Shown here in pieces: positions 10,161 to 18,399 of a DNA stretch of 64,000 nt. The stretch's first letter is position 1; each line of letters begins with the position of its first letter. A model generated the notes under the pieces. The model saw nothing but the letters and a program-made list of their open reading frames with translations. It was not told the DNA's origin and ran no database searches. Source of the DNA: Candidatus Kapaibacterium sp. (lineage in GTDB: Bacteria > Bacteroidota > Ignavibacteria > Kapaibacteriales > UBA2268); NCBI GenBank assembly GCA_026390695.1, contig JAPLFL010000089.1, forward strand, positions 42,206-106,205. Reading direction: 5' to 3'. Both the position numbers and the translations under genes were made by a program.

Positions 10161-11309
10161 TTACAACTTAAACTCTTCTATCAGTTCTTCACCCATCCCA
10201 AAATAATTCTTGATAATCGTTACTATTCTCTTTGATGCAAGACCATCTCCATAAGGATTTACCGCTGATGCCATTTTCCTGTATTCTTCTTCATTATCAA
10301 TCAGATTCTTTGCAGTTTTAACAATTTTTGATTTATTCAATCCGACAAGTTTCACAGTTCCGCATTTTACTGCTTCCGGACGTTCTGTAACTTTTCGGAA
10401 TACTAAAATCGGAATACCAAAATGCGGGCCTTCCTCCTGCACTCCGCCAGAATCTGTAAATATTAAAAAACAACGTGACATAAGGTTAACAAAATCAAGG
10501 TAATCAAGCGGTTCAATTAAGAAAACATTCGTGAGTTTACTTAAAATAGGATTTACGGCATTACGCACTACCGGATTCAAATGGACAGGAAAAATAAAAT
10601 TTATATCGGGATATTGAACTGCTAATGATTTTATCGCTTTTGCTGCATTTTTCATTGGCTCCCCCCAGTTTTCGCGGCGGTGCATAGTGACAAGAGCGAT
10701 TCTTTTATTTTGGGCGACAATATCATTTACTTTATCGACAGAAAATACAAAATTCTCACGTACTGCAACTTCCAGAGCATCAATCACCGTATTCCCCGTT
10801 ACAAATATATCTCCTTTTTTATTATTTTCTTTGATGAGTGCTTTTTTTGCAGTAGCCGTGGGTGCAAAGTGAAGTTTTGTAATGCAGCTTGTAAGCATAC
10901 GATTAACTTCTTCGGGGAATGGATTGAGTTTATCATAAGTCCTTAGACCGGCTTCCACGTGCCCGACCGGTATCTGACGATAAAAAGCAGCTAATGCTCC
11001 TAAAAATGTCGTTGTAGTATCTCCTTGCACAACAACCATATCCGGCTTTTCTTTAACAAATATATCATCAAGTTCCTGAATTGTATCTTTGGTGATTGAA
11101 GCAAGAGTTTGGTTTGGTTTCATTATATTTAGATCGTTATCAGGCTTTAACTCAAAAACTTCAAGCACCTGATCAAGCATTTGCCGATGTTGAGCTGAAG
11201 CAATTGTCAGAACTTCAAAGCAATCATTCTCTTTTTTTAATTCGCTAATAACAGTCGCTAATTTAATAGTATCGGGACGAGTTCCAAAAATTACAGCTAT
11301 TTTTTTCAA
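10161..11309 (-). CDS. wecB: UDP-N-acetylglucosamine 2-epimerase (non-hydrolysing)
   Basis: GTRP, QHRQML, QGDTTT, HVEAGLR, PFPEE, TDSGGVQEE and NPYGDG motifs. Confidence 0.96.
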   Translation of the reverse strand: MKKIAVIFGTRPDTIKLATVISELKKENDCFEVLTIASAQHRQMLDQVLEVFELKPDNDLNIMKPNQTLASITKDTIQELDDIFVKEKPDMVVVQGDTTTTFLGALAAFYRQIPVGHVEAGLRTYDKLNPFPEEVNRMLTSCITKLHFAPTATAKKALIKENNKKGDIFVTGNTVIDALEVAVRENFVFSVDKVNDIVAQNKRIALVTMHRRENWGEPMKNAAKAIKSLAVQYPDINFIFPVHLNPVVRNAVNPILSKLTNVFLIEPLDYLDFVNLMSRCFLIFTDSGGVQEEGPHFGIPILVFRKVTERPEAVKCGTVKLVGLNKSKIVKTAKNLIDNEEEYRKMASAVNPYGDGLASKRIVTIIKNYFGMGEELIEEFKL

Positions 11310-11404
11310 TTTATTCCTTCAAAATTTTTAATTAATTCTGGTTATAGACGCTAAAATGAGAATATAAGTTTAAATATCACAAATTTAATAAAATATATTT
11401 AAAT

Positions 11405-12418
11405 TCATTTCATCCCTATACATTCCTTACAAAAATCCGGTATGCTTCTTCCATAATCGGATTTATTAAAACCAGAGCGTAATTTCCTATAAACCTCGCC
11501 AAACCAAATTTCTTTTATATTCTTTTCAAAAGCATTGCCAAGTTTAAATATATCTTCATCAAAATACCAGTTACAACATGGATATACTCTTCCGTCCCAT
11601 AGCACAGCCAACGTATTCCATACCCAATAGCAATTCTTCTTTTTACTGATCATTTCGGTTTTAAACAAAATATTCTTCTGATTAGCAGCCTCTCCATGAA
11701 AGTCGTAATCAAAACGGCAAGAATCAAAGCCATAATCCTTATATTTTCGTTTAACTTCTTCAACTTCATCTTTATTGTGTTCAAAAACAACAAATTTCCA
11801 GACAACAATAGGTGTTTTGCTGTTTAGCTTTTGTTTTGCCTCGTTCAGCCTATTTACATTATCAATAATCTGACTAAAATTCCCTCCAACTCTATATTTC
11901 AGATAAGATTCCTCGCTTGCACCATCCAACGAAACATAAATTTTATCCAATCCTGATTTTACAATATCATCAATTTCTTCATCTGTGAAACGGAAAGAAA
12001 AATTTGTCGGAAAATTAACCGAAATCTTCTTGGAATGCAGGTAAGCAATTAATTTTGTTAGCTCTTTGTTTGAAAAAGGCTCACCATTTACACAAAAACT
12101 TACTCCCAAAAGATTTTTATACAAAGGTTCTATTACTTTTTTTAGATTTTCCATAGTTAAATTCATGGAATCATTAAATCGCTTTTTAAATTCGAGGCTG
12201 TTTTGCTTGCAATCTGTGCATCGGAGATTACAAACCGGCGACGGATCTATCTTAATAAACGGCGGATAACTCTTTATTTTACTTCTATTTGTTTTAAGTT
12301 CAAATTCATTAAGTAAAAGATTAAATATTTTTCTGACAGTAATATAAGGCAGAAAAGTCATGAAATGTTTTTTCAGCAATCTGAATCGTTTAAAAGGAGA
12401 AATAATGTTTAGTTTCAT
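11405..12418 (-). CDS. Radical SAM protein with SPASM/Twitch domain
   Basis: CNLRCTDC; GEP; VSLDG; C-terminal C..W...DGRVYPCC...CKEC. Confidence 0.93.
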   Translation of the reverse strand: MKLNIISPFKRFRLLKKHFMTFLPYITVRKIFNLLLNEFELKTNRSKIKSYPPFIKIDPSPVCNLRCTDCKQNSLEFKKRFNDSMNLTMENLKKVIEPLYKNLLGVSFCVNGEPFSNKELTKLIAYLHSKKISVNFPTNFSFRFTDEEIDDIVKSGLDKIYVSLDGASEESYLKYRVGGNFSQIIDNVNRLNEAKQKLNSKTPIVVWKFVVFEHNKDEVEEVKRKYKDYGFDSCRFDYDFHGEAANQKNILFKTEMISKKKNCYWVWNTLAVLWDGRVYPCCNWYFDEDIFKLGNAFEKNIKEIWFGEVYRKLRSGFNKSDYGRSIPDFCKECIGMK

Positions 12419-12441
12419 ATTTATTTATTATAAAAAAGTTC

Positions 12442-12672
12442 TTAAAAATCTAATTTAGATAGATTCCATACCTTGAAAGATAAATTTCCATCGATGGAAG
12501 ATGGTTTGCCATCGACGGAAGACAATTTTCCATCGACGGAAGATAGTTTGCCATCGACGGAAGATAGTTTGCCATCGACGGAAGATAGTTTGCCATCGAC
12601 GGAAGACAATTTTCCATCGACGGAAGATAGTTTGCCATCGACGGAAGATAATTTTCCATCGACGGAAGACAA
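12442..12672 (-). CDS. Possible small heptad-repeat (LSSVDGK)n peptide, or remnant of one
   Basis: Core repeat variants are synonymous in this frame (TTG/CTA/TTA Leu; GGA/GGC Gly), but only a TTG start and no clear RBS. Confidence 0.3.
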   Translation of the reverse strand: MSSVDGKLSSVDGKLSSVDGKLSSVDGKLSSVDGKLSSVDGKLSSVDGKLSSVDGKPSSIDGNLSFKVWNLSKLDF

Positions 12673-12720
12673 TTTTCCATCGACGGAAGATAGTTTTCCG
12701 GCATTGAAAGATAATTTGCA
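12465..12720. repeat. 21-bp tandem repeat array (10 core copies plus degenerate flanks)
   Basis: ccatcga recurs every 21 nt from 12488 to 12677; unit ttt(t/g)ccatcgacggaaga(caa/tag/taa); no spacers. Confidence 0.97.
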
Positions 12721-12834
12721 TTAAAAAAATATACTATTCAGGGATTAGAATGATCTTTTACCGATTAAAAATCTATTTTGAAAGAAAAAGATTATATTTC
12801 GTAATGATTAGAATATAGAAATCATCAAAATAAA

Positions 12835-12963
12835 AGGCTGTCTCAAAAGAACAATATTTGTCCGAAATATCATTCCCGCGCATGCGGGAATCCCCTTCCA
12901 GTACCACTTTAGGGGATTCCTGCACTGGCATTAATGACAGAAACGAAACTTATGAGAAAGCCT
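12835..12963. mobile_element. MITE-like element carrying the same palindromic core in a different TIR wrapper
   Basis: aggctgtctcaaaag ... cttatgagaaagcct (13/15 inverted match) enclosing cattcccgcgcatgcgggaatccccttccagtacca...ggggattcctgca. Confidence 0.75.
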
Positions 12964-12985
12964 CTTTTTCTTACTTGACGAACTA

Positions 12986-13456
12986 TTAAATAGCATCGTC
13001 ATAAACCATGTCAAGGGCACGCTTACCACCTGCCATATCGACAATAATATCGTCGTAATAATCGGAAATAACGGCAACAGAGTTTAAAGTAATCACTAAT
13101 TCATTCGGATCGAGATTCGAGCCGAGAATGCTATGTGAGAAGGTTATTGTTCCATCAAAAAGTAAACCGAAAGCTCCAAAATGAAGTTCTGCATTTTTAC
13201 GCATGAGGAATTTGAGCAACTCTTCATTTATCGTTGCACCGGTAACGACATGCGCAAATAATTCAATACAAGTCTCGTCCAGTGTGAAGGGACGCACAAT
13301 AATCATAATCTGCGATGAACCGCGCGAAATTGTAAACGAGCCATAACCAAAAGAAATATGATTCGGAAAATGTTCGTTTAATAATGTTTTTACGTCATCG
13401 ACGGTTGTATCAAGTAGTGTTTTACTTTTTTCAACCGGAATTGTATTCTCATCCAT
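12986..13456 (-). CDS. YbjN / type III chaperone-like domain protein
   Basis: 156 aa acidic protein with LM..N...FGAF.L..DG and ..DYYDD helix typical of this fold. Confidence 0.7.
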   Translation of the reverse strand: MDENTIPVEKSKTLLDTTVDDVKTLLNEHFPNHISFGYGSFTISRGSSQIMIIVRPFTLDETCIELFAHVVTGATINEELLKFLMRKNAELHFGAFGLLFDGTITFSHSILGSNLDPNELVITLNSVAVISDYYDDIIVDMAGGKRALDMVYDDAI

Positions 13457-13471
13457 ATTTTTTTCCTTTCT

Positions 13472-14143
13472 TTATTGGGGCAATAAACCCATTTTGGCTT
13501 TAAGTTTTAGTAAATCATCATCAACAGCAGAACCTGATTGTAATTTTTTAAATTCGTCTTCTAAACTACTATTATTTCCGGCTAATTGATCGAATGCTTC
13601 AGCTTCTGATTCAAGCTTCATGACTTTGGATTCAAATTTATCGAATTTTCCAAAAGCATCCGACCCTGCACCACTTAACATTTGTGAGATTTGTTTTGAA
13701 GCTTTAGCGGTTTGAGCACGTGCAATGAGAGTACTTTCTCGCATGTGGACTTCATCTAACTTTGCTTTGAGCTGATCAAGTTTTACTCGGCTGTTATCGG
13801 CAGCTTGTTTGGCTTGTACATAAAGTGGCTCGAGGTCGTTAACATTCCTTGTTAGAACGTTTTTCTTTTCTAAAGCCTGGCGAGCTAAGTCTTCACGACC
13901 GGAATTGAGGGCAAGAATTGCTTTCTGTTCCCAATCGTGAGCCTCATTGCGGGCTTTGTCCAATCTTTTTTGTAAATTTCTTTCTTCTGCAATCGACGAT
14001 GAAACAGCAAGAGTGGTTTTATTAACCGATTCTTCCATTTCAATAACCATTTGCTTAATCATTTTTTCGGGATCTTCGGCTCTGTCTAATAGATCATTGA
14101 TATTGGCTGATAAGATGTCCGAAATTCTTGAAAATATACCCAT
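13472..14143 (-). CDS. pspA: PspA/IM30 family protein
   Basis: MGIFSRISDILSANINDLLDRAEDPEKM N-terminus; GREDLARQAL; coiled coil. Confidence 0.96.
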   Translation of the reverse strand: MGIFSRISDILSANINDLLDRAEDPEKMIKQMVIEMEESVNKTTLAVSSSIAEERNLQKRLDKARNEAHDWEQKAILALNSGREDLARQALEKKNVLTRNVNDLEPLYVQAKQAADNSRVKLDQLKAKLDEVHMRESTLIARAQTAKASKQISQMLSGAGSDAFGKFDKFESKVMKLESEAEAFDQLAGNNSSLEDEFKKLQSGSAVDDDLLKLKAKMGLLPQ

Positions 14144-14261
14144 AAAAACTCCTAAAAATTATTGTCAAATTTACTCCATAATACAAATTTATAAAAAAAT
14201 TTTCAAATTAAACAAGAATTTCTTAATTTAGTATTCTTTTTTATTTAATTAGGTGTTTAAA

Positions 14262-14588
14262 ATGAAATTTGATATGCAAAATATGCTCTCCCAAGCCAAA
14301 CAACTACAAGCTGATTTAGAAAAAACAAAATCCGAATTAGCACATATTGTTGTCCGTGCAGATGCGGGAGCTGGAATGGTAAGCGTCGAAATGACCTGTG
14401 CCAATGAACTTCTTAAAATAAAAATTTCCAAAGATGTAGTTGAAATGAATGATATTGAAATGTTGGAGGATTTAGTAGTTGCAGCAGTGAATAAAGCCTA
14501 CAAGCAAGCAGCAGAGCGCTCAAACGAAGAAATGAGCAAACTTACCGGAATGCTCCCCAATATTCCGGGCATGAATTTTAATATGTAA
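14262..14588 (+). CDS. ybaB: YbaB/EbfC nucleoid-associated protein
   Basis: AGAGMVSV, D.EMLEDLVVAAVNKA; ATG at 14262 follows aggtg. Confidence 0.95.
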   Translation: MKFDMQNMLSQAKQLQADLEKTKSELAHIVVRADAGAGMVSVEMTCANELLKIKISKDVVEMNDIEMLEDLVVAAVNKAYKQAAERSNEEMSKLTGMLPNIPGMNFNM

Positions 14589-14593
14589 CGATT

Positions 14594-14741
14594 AAATTCC
14601 CCTCTTGAGGGGTGGCGAAAGACGAAGTCTTGAGACGGGGTGGATTCTTAAAAATTACAAATTTTAAATGCAAAAAAAATATCCAAAAAATTCCCTTCTT
14701 GAGGGGTGGCGAAAGGCTAAGCCTTGAGACGGGGTGGATTC
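14594..14741. repeat. Pair of ~53-bp GC-rich direct repeats with internal hairpins
   Basis: aaattcccctcttgaggggtggcgaaagacgaagtcttgagacggggtggattc and aaattcccttcttgaggggtggcgaaaggctaagccttgagacggggtggattc. Confidence 0.85.
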
Positions 14742-14761
14742 CAAAAAAAACTATCAAGATT

Positions 14762-14872
14762 ATGTACTTAACCGATTGGCAAAAAAAATCTTTATTCCCC
14801 TACTGGGAACTCCCGAAAAATAAAAATCTTGAACAAAGATCAAAAGATTTAAGAAAAGCAGGAAATTTATGA
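14762..14872 (+). pseudogene. N-terminal fragment of a DUF559-type endonuclease
   Basis: LPKNKNLEQRSKDLRKAGNL* resembles the DUF559 N-terminus (L..R...LR....SE..LW); catalytic part absent; recognised from memory of the family. Confidence 0.6.
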
Positions 14873-16290
14873 GAAATTATATTATTCGTTGTATTGTTTT
14901 AAGCAGTTTGCTTATCTTACTCGCTTTAAATTCTACTTTTTCTCAGCAAGTTGACACTAATTGGAAGTCAATTTATAAGCAACAAGAACCATTAGGTAAT
15001 CACTTTGATATTATACAATGTGCAGATTCTTTGAATTGTATTATTCTTTGTGATTATGGTGGACAAAATTGGGCATATAATTTTCGCCTTACAACTGATG
15101 GAGGAAAAAACTGGGATGTTGTTTACGGAGATTCCTCCTATTATAAAAGTCCTAATAATTATTACAATATTTGTCAGATACGTGATATAGCTTATCCAAG
15201 TTCTAAATTATTTATAGCTGTTGGAGATACAGGGACAATAATAAGAAGTACTGACCAAGGGAAATCATGGAAAAAAACAATTTTAAGTAAAGATTTAGGA
15301 CTTTATAAAGTAAAAATGCTTAATGATAAATACGGGGTTATGAGAGCAGGATTTTATAGCAAACCGTTAATCACTTTTTATGAAACCCATAATGGAGGAG
15401 ATACTTGGAAAGAAAGAAATATACCAGATGAGTATAAAAAAGGATATTTTAATGACTACCAAATAATCAACGATACTACAATGTATGCAGTAAGAATATT
15501 CACTGGTATTAATGTTTTTTTTGCTTATGTGAAAGCAACAGATAATTGGATGAATTGGGATACTCTTAGATTAGATAATATACTTTATCCTAAAATAAAG
15601 CCTGATTTATTTTATTTGGGTTTAAACTTCATTGATGAAAATTATGGTTGGGTATATGGCGGAAGGATAATTAACGATTCAAAGGGGTATGATAGCCAGT
15701 TAATTTTATATACAACAAACGGTGGTAAAGATTGGAGTATTCAAAGAGATACGAATTTAAATAATTTTACTATTGGTCCTGGACATTTAATTATGTATGA
15801 TAAAAATTATGGGATAGCATGTGCTGGTCCTTATGTTACTTTAATGACGTCCAATGGAGGTAAAACATGGGATAGACACTACATTAATGAAATAGATACT
15901 AATAATTATTCATATATTCTTTATAGCTTACAAATGCCAGCTCCAAACTGGGCTTATGCTATTAGTACAACCAATGAAATCTTCCGCTATCATTGTGACT
16001 TAAAGCCTCTGGAAGTTGTAATTGAAAAACCTATATTAAAATCATCCAACTATCCCAATCCTTTTTCAGAAAAAACTGAAATCTCTTATTATCTTCAAAA
16101 TTTATCTTTTGTTAAAATAAGTATTTTCGATGTTTTTGGAGTTGAGAAAGATAGGCTGAAAGAGGATTTTGAGCTTGCAGGTATTCATAAAATTAAATAT
16201 GTTCCAAAAAATTTATCATCCGGCAGCTATTTCTGCAAAATAGAAGCCGATGGCCGGGTGCAGATTTTGAAGATGAGCGTGATAAAATAA
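14869..16290 (+). CDS. Secreted YCF48/BNR beta-propeller protein with T9SS CTD
   Basis: Signal peptide; TTDGGKNW, STDQGKSW, THNGGDTW, TTNGGKDW, TSNGGKTW boxes; NYPNPF...LSSGSYF CTD. Confidence 0.88.
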   Translation: MRNYIIRCIVLSSLLILLALNSTFSQQVDTNWKSIYKQQEPLGNHFDIIQCADSLNCIILCDYGGQNWAYNFRLTTDGGKNWDVVYGDSSYYKSPNNYYNICQIRDIAYPSSKLFIAVGDTGTIIRSTDQGKSWKKTILSKDLGLYKVKMLNDKYGVMRAGFYSKPLITFYETHNGGDTWKERNIPDEYKKGYFNDYQIINDTTMYAVRIFTGINVFFAYVKATDNWMNWDTLRLDNILYPKIKPDLFYLGLNFIDENYGWVYGGRIINDSKGYDSQLILYTTNGGKDWSIQRDTNLNNFTIGPGHLIMYDKNYGIACAGPYVTLMTSNGGKTWDRHYINEIDTNNYSYILYSLQMPAPNWAYAISTTNEIFRYHCDLKPLEVVIEKPILKSSNYPNPFSEKTEISYYLQNLSFVKISIFDVFGVEKDRLKEDFELAGIHKIKYVPKNLSSGSYFCKIEADGRVQILKMSVIK

Positions 16291-16302
16291 ATATGATAAT
16301 TA
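16245..16302 (+). repeat. 58-bp direct repeat, copy A (3' end of T9SS-cargo gene)
   Basis: 52/58 identical to 16796-16853 by manual alignment. Confidence 0.9.
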
Positions 16303-16335
16303 TTCGTGATTATCGAAACAATATTGGATATACTT

Positions 16336-16545
16336 ATGAATGAAATAATTTTTTTAGTAGAGGAAGCGCTCGAAGGTGGCTATACCGCCAAAGCCCTTGA
16401 TTATAGTATTTTAACCGAAGCTGATTCGGAATCTGAATTAAAAGCAAATATCAAAGATGCAGTACTCTGCCATTTTGAACCGGATGAAATGCCAAAATTA
16501 ATCCATCTTCATTATGTTAAAGATGAAATCTTTGCTTTTGCATGA
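16336..16545 (+). CDS. HicB-like antitoxin (short form)
   Basis: MNEIIFLVEEALEGGYTAKA...TEADS..EL..NI.DAV partial RNase H fold; stop overlaps the hicA start (ATGA). Confidence 0.8.
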   Translation: MNEIIFLVEEALEGGYTAKALDYSILTEADSESELKANIKDAVLCHFEPDEMPKLIHLHYVKDEIFAFA

Positions 16546-16778
16546 GAATACCACGAGACATATCGGGAAATGAACTTATTCAATACCTTTCAAAATATGG
16601 CTATTCAGCTACAAGGCAGACTGGAAGCCACATAAGGCTATCTACTAAAACAAATGGCGAACATCACATCACTATTCCCAATCATAATCCAATAAAAATA
16701 GGAACTCTCAATTCAATTACAAATGATGTCTGTTCTCATTTAGAAATGGATAAATCTGAATTTTTTAAAAATCTATAA
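16542..16778 (+). CDS. hicA: HicA family mRNA interferase toxin
   Basis: RQTGSH catalytic motif; ITIPNH; GTL.SI. Confidence 0.92.
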   Translation: MRIPRDISGNELIQYLSKYGYSATRQTGSHIRLSTKTNGEHHITIPNHNPIKIGTLNSITNDVCSHLEMDKSEFFKNL

Positions 16779-16795
16779 ATACAAGTTCAATGCAG

Positions 16796-16853
16796 AGCTG
16801 AAGGCCTGGTGCAGATTTTGAAGATGAGTTTGATAAAATAAATATGCTAATTA
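16796..16853 (+). repeat. 58-bp direct repeat, copy B (orphan T9SS-CTD tail)
   Basis: Encodes AEGLVQILKMSLIK* versus ADGRVQILKMSVIK* in copy A. Confidence 0.9.
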
Positions 16854-16910
16854 CATTAATTTTACTTTGTAATCGTTTTAATATTAGAAATAAATTTATG
16901 GAGTTAATAA

Positions 16911-17108
16911 ATGCTAAATTCAAATCTCACTTTTCCTGACAAAGAAATATATAATCTTTTCAAATCACAATCCGATGAAGTTCTCATTAATTTATTTGAA
17001 GAGCTGATGATAAAAAGCGATAAAGATATATCAGCAAGTTTAGAAGTATCCGAAAAATCTTTTATTGAATGGGGTAATCCTGAGGACGAGATTTATAATC
17101 TCTTATAA
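16911..17108 (+). CDS. Small acidic protein resembling DUF2281-like antitoxins
   Basis: ggag RBS; C-terminus SEKSFIEWGNPEDEIYNLL resembles the SE....W..PE(E/D)D tail of such antitoxins; no toxin follows. Confidence 0.5.
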   Translation: MLNSNLTFPDKEIYNLFKSQSDEVLINLFEELMIKSDKDISASLEVSEKSFIEWGNPEDEIYNLL

Positions 17109-17193
17109 TATTTTTATTTTGCCAGATTATTTAATTTCACTCCTCATCTCACCGCTTCATCTTTACAAACTTTATGAACTTTACAAACTAACT

Positions 17194-17790
17194 ATGGTTT
17201 ATACTTCAGAATCAATCGAAAAAATGGTCGATCTTTTCGCCTCCCTTCCGACAATCGGCAGAAAGACAGCCCAGCGCATAACTTACCATTTACTCAGGCA
17301 GCAACCTGAACAATTAGATAAATTTTCGTCCGCATTTCAAGGACTGAAAATGAATATCAAATATTGCTCCGTCTGCTTTAATTATACCGAAACCGATCCT
17401 TGCCCTATTTGCTCTTCTCAGCGCCGTGACACGTCGATAATCTGCGTTGTCGAAGAACCCAATGATGTACTGGCTATCGAGAAGACAAATGAATTTCGTG
17501 GCTCTTACCACGTTCTACATGGCATTTTAAATCCTCTCGAAGGTATTGGTATTGAAGATATAAAAATTAGAGAACTAATATCAAGACTGACTGAGGTTAA
17601 AGAAGTAATTTTAGCAATTAATCCTTCAGTCGAGGGTGAAGTAACGATTCAATATTTAGCTCGTCTTATCAAACCATTAGAAGTAAAAATCACACGAATT
17701 GCACGTGGAATCCCTGTTGGTGCTTCTCTTGAATTCACCGACGAAGCCACTTTATCGAGAGCCATTGAAAGCAGGATTGAAGTTGGTTAA
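17194..17790 (+). CDS. recR: Recombination mediator RecR
   Basis: LPTIGRKTAQR HhH, CSVC..CPIC zinc finger, YHVLHG, EGE, RIARGIPVG. Start placed at ATG 17194, not 17065. Confidence 0.97.
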   Translation: MVYTSESIEKMVDLFASLPTIGRKTAQRITYHLLRQQPEQLDKFSSAFQGLKMNIKYCSVCFNYTETDPCPICSSQRRDTSIICVVEEPNDVLAIEKTNEFRGSYHVLHGILNPLEGIGIEDIKIRELISRLTEVKEVILAINPSVEGEVTIQYLARLIKPLEVKITRIARGIPVGASLEFTDEATLSRAIESRIEVG

Positions 17791-17797
17791 AAATGGT

Positions 17798-18370
17798 TTA
17801 ATCAATAAGTATTGAAGTTTTATCTGTGAATTTTGAATTTATCATTTTTATTTCTCCATTATTGATATTCAATTCTAACTGCATCCACCCTATCTGTATT
17901 TCTTCTTTTTTATGAAGTTTAAATGCGAAATAATAGACTTTTAAATTTTTTGGTGCTAAAATTCTCCATAAAGAATCAGTCCAGGCAAATGCCATAATAT
18001 CGGCTGGATAGCCATACCAATTTAATGGATCTTCAACTAATGATGTGATAAGATCATTTTCTTGTAAAAAGAGATTCCCATCATAAGCTTTGTAAAGTAT
18101 TTCATTTCCATTTACCGGAACGATTGATAAAATGCCCTCCATAAAAGATACCGGTTCATCGCAGGTTGCAAGGATTTTGTAAAAAGTCTTAAAATCGATT
18201 ATGGAGTCATTATTAACATCAAATTGAACCTCAGGCGGAGTTTTTGGTGGGAAATATTCTTGATCTTGTTCACTTTTAACAATATTTCCATTATCTTTAC
18301 AAGAGTTAAAACATGTTAGCGCCGCACTAAATGCCAAAATTATAAAGATTTTATTAATTTGAGACTTCAT
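17798..18370 (-). CDS. Hypothetical lipoprotein
   Basis: Signal peptide with FNSC lipobox; DVNNDSIIDF loop. Confidence 0.7.
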   Translation of the reverse strand: MKSQINKIFIILAFSAALTCFNSCKDNGNIVKSEQDQEYFPPKTPPEVQFDVNNDSIIDFKTFYKILATCDEPVSFMEGILSIVPVNGNEILYKAYDGNLFLQENDLITSLVEDPLNWYGYPADIMAFAWTDSLWRILAPKNLKVYYFAFKLHKKEEIQIGWMQLELNINNGEIKMINSKFTDKTSILID

Positions 18371-18399
18371 ATAATAAATTGATGAATTTTACAAATATA

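Noticed and set aside
12465-12720. CRISPR array
   Set aside because: The 21-bp units are contiguous with no unique spacers, and no cas genes are present.
12450-12724. The other four overlapping ORFs across the 21-bp array
   Set aside because: They are open only because the unit is a multiple of three and lacks stops; repeat variants are non-synonymous in these frames.
14594-14741. Mini-CRISPR (two repeats and one spacer)
   Set aside because: Only two ~53-bp imperfect copies around an A-rich linker; better explained as repeats associated with the nuclease remnant.
14612-14761. 5' extension of the 86-aa ORF at 14612
   Set aside because: It runs through the repeat pair; the protein-like part begins at ATG 14762.
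16245-16853. Diversity-generating retroelement TR/VR pair
   Set aside because: Mismatches are not confined to adenines, the repeat is short and no reverse transcriptase is in the window.
17065-17193. N-terminal extension of RecR
   Set aside because: RecR homology begins at MVYTS (17194); the extension overlaps another ORF and short repeats.
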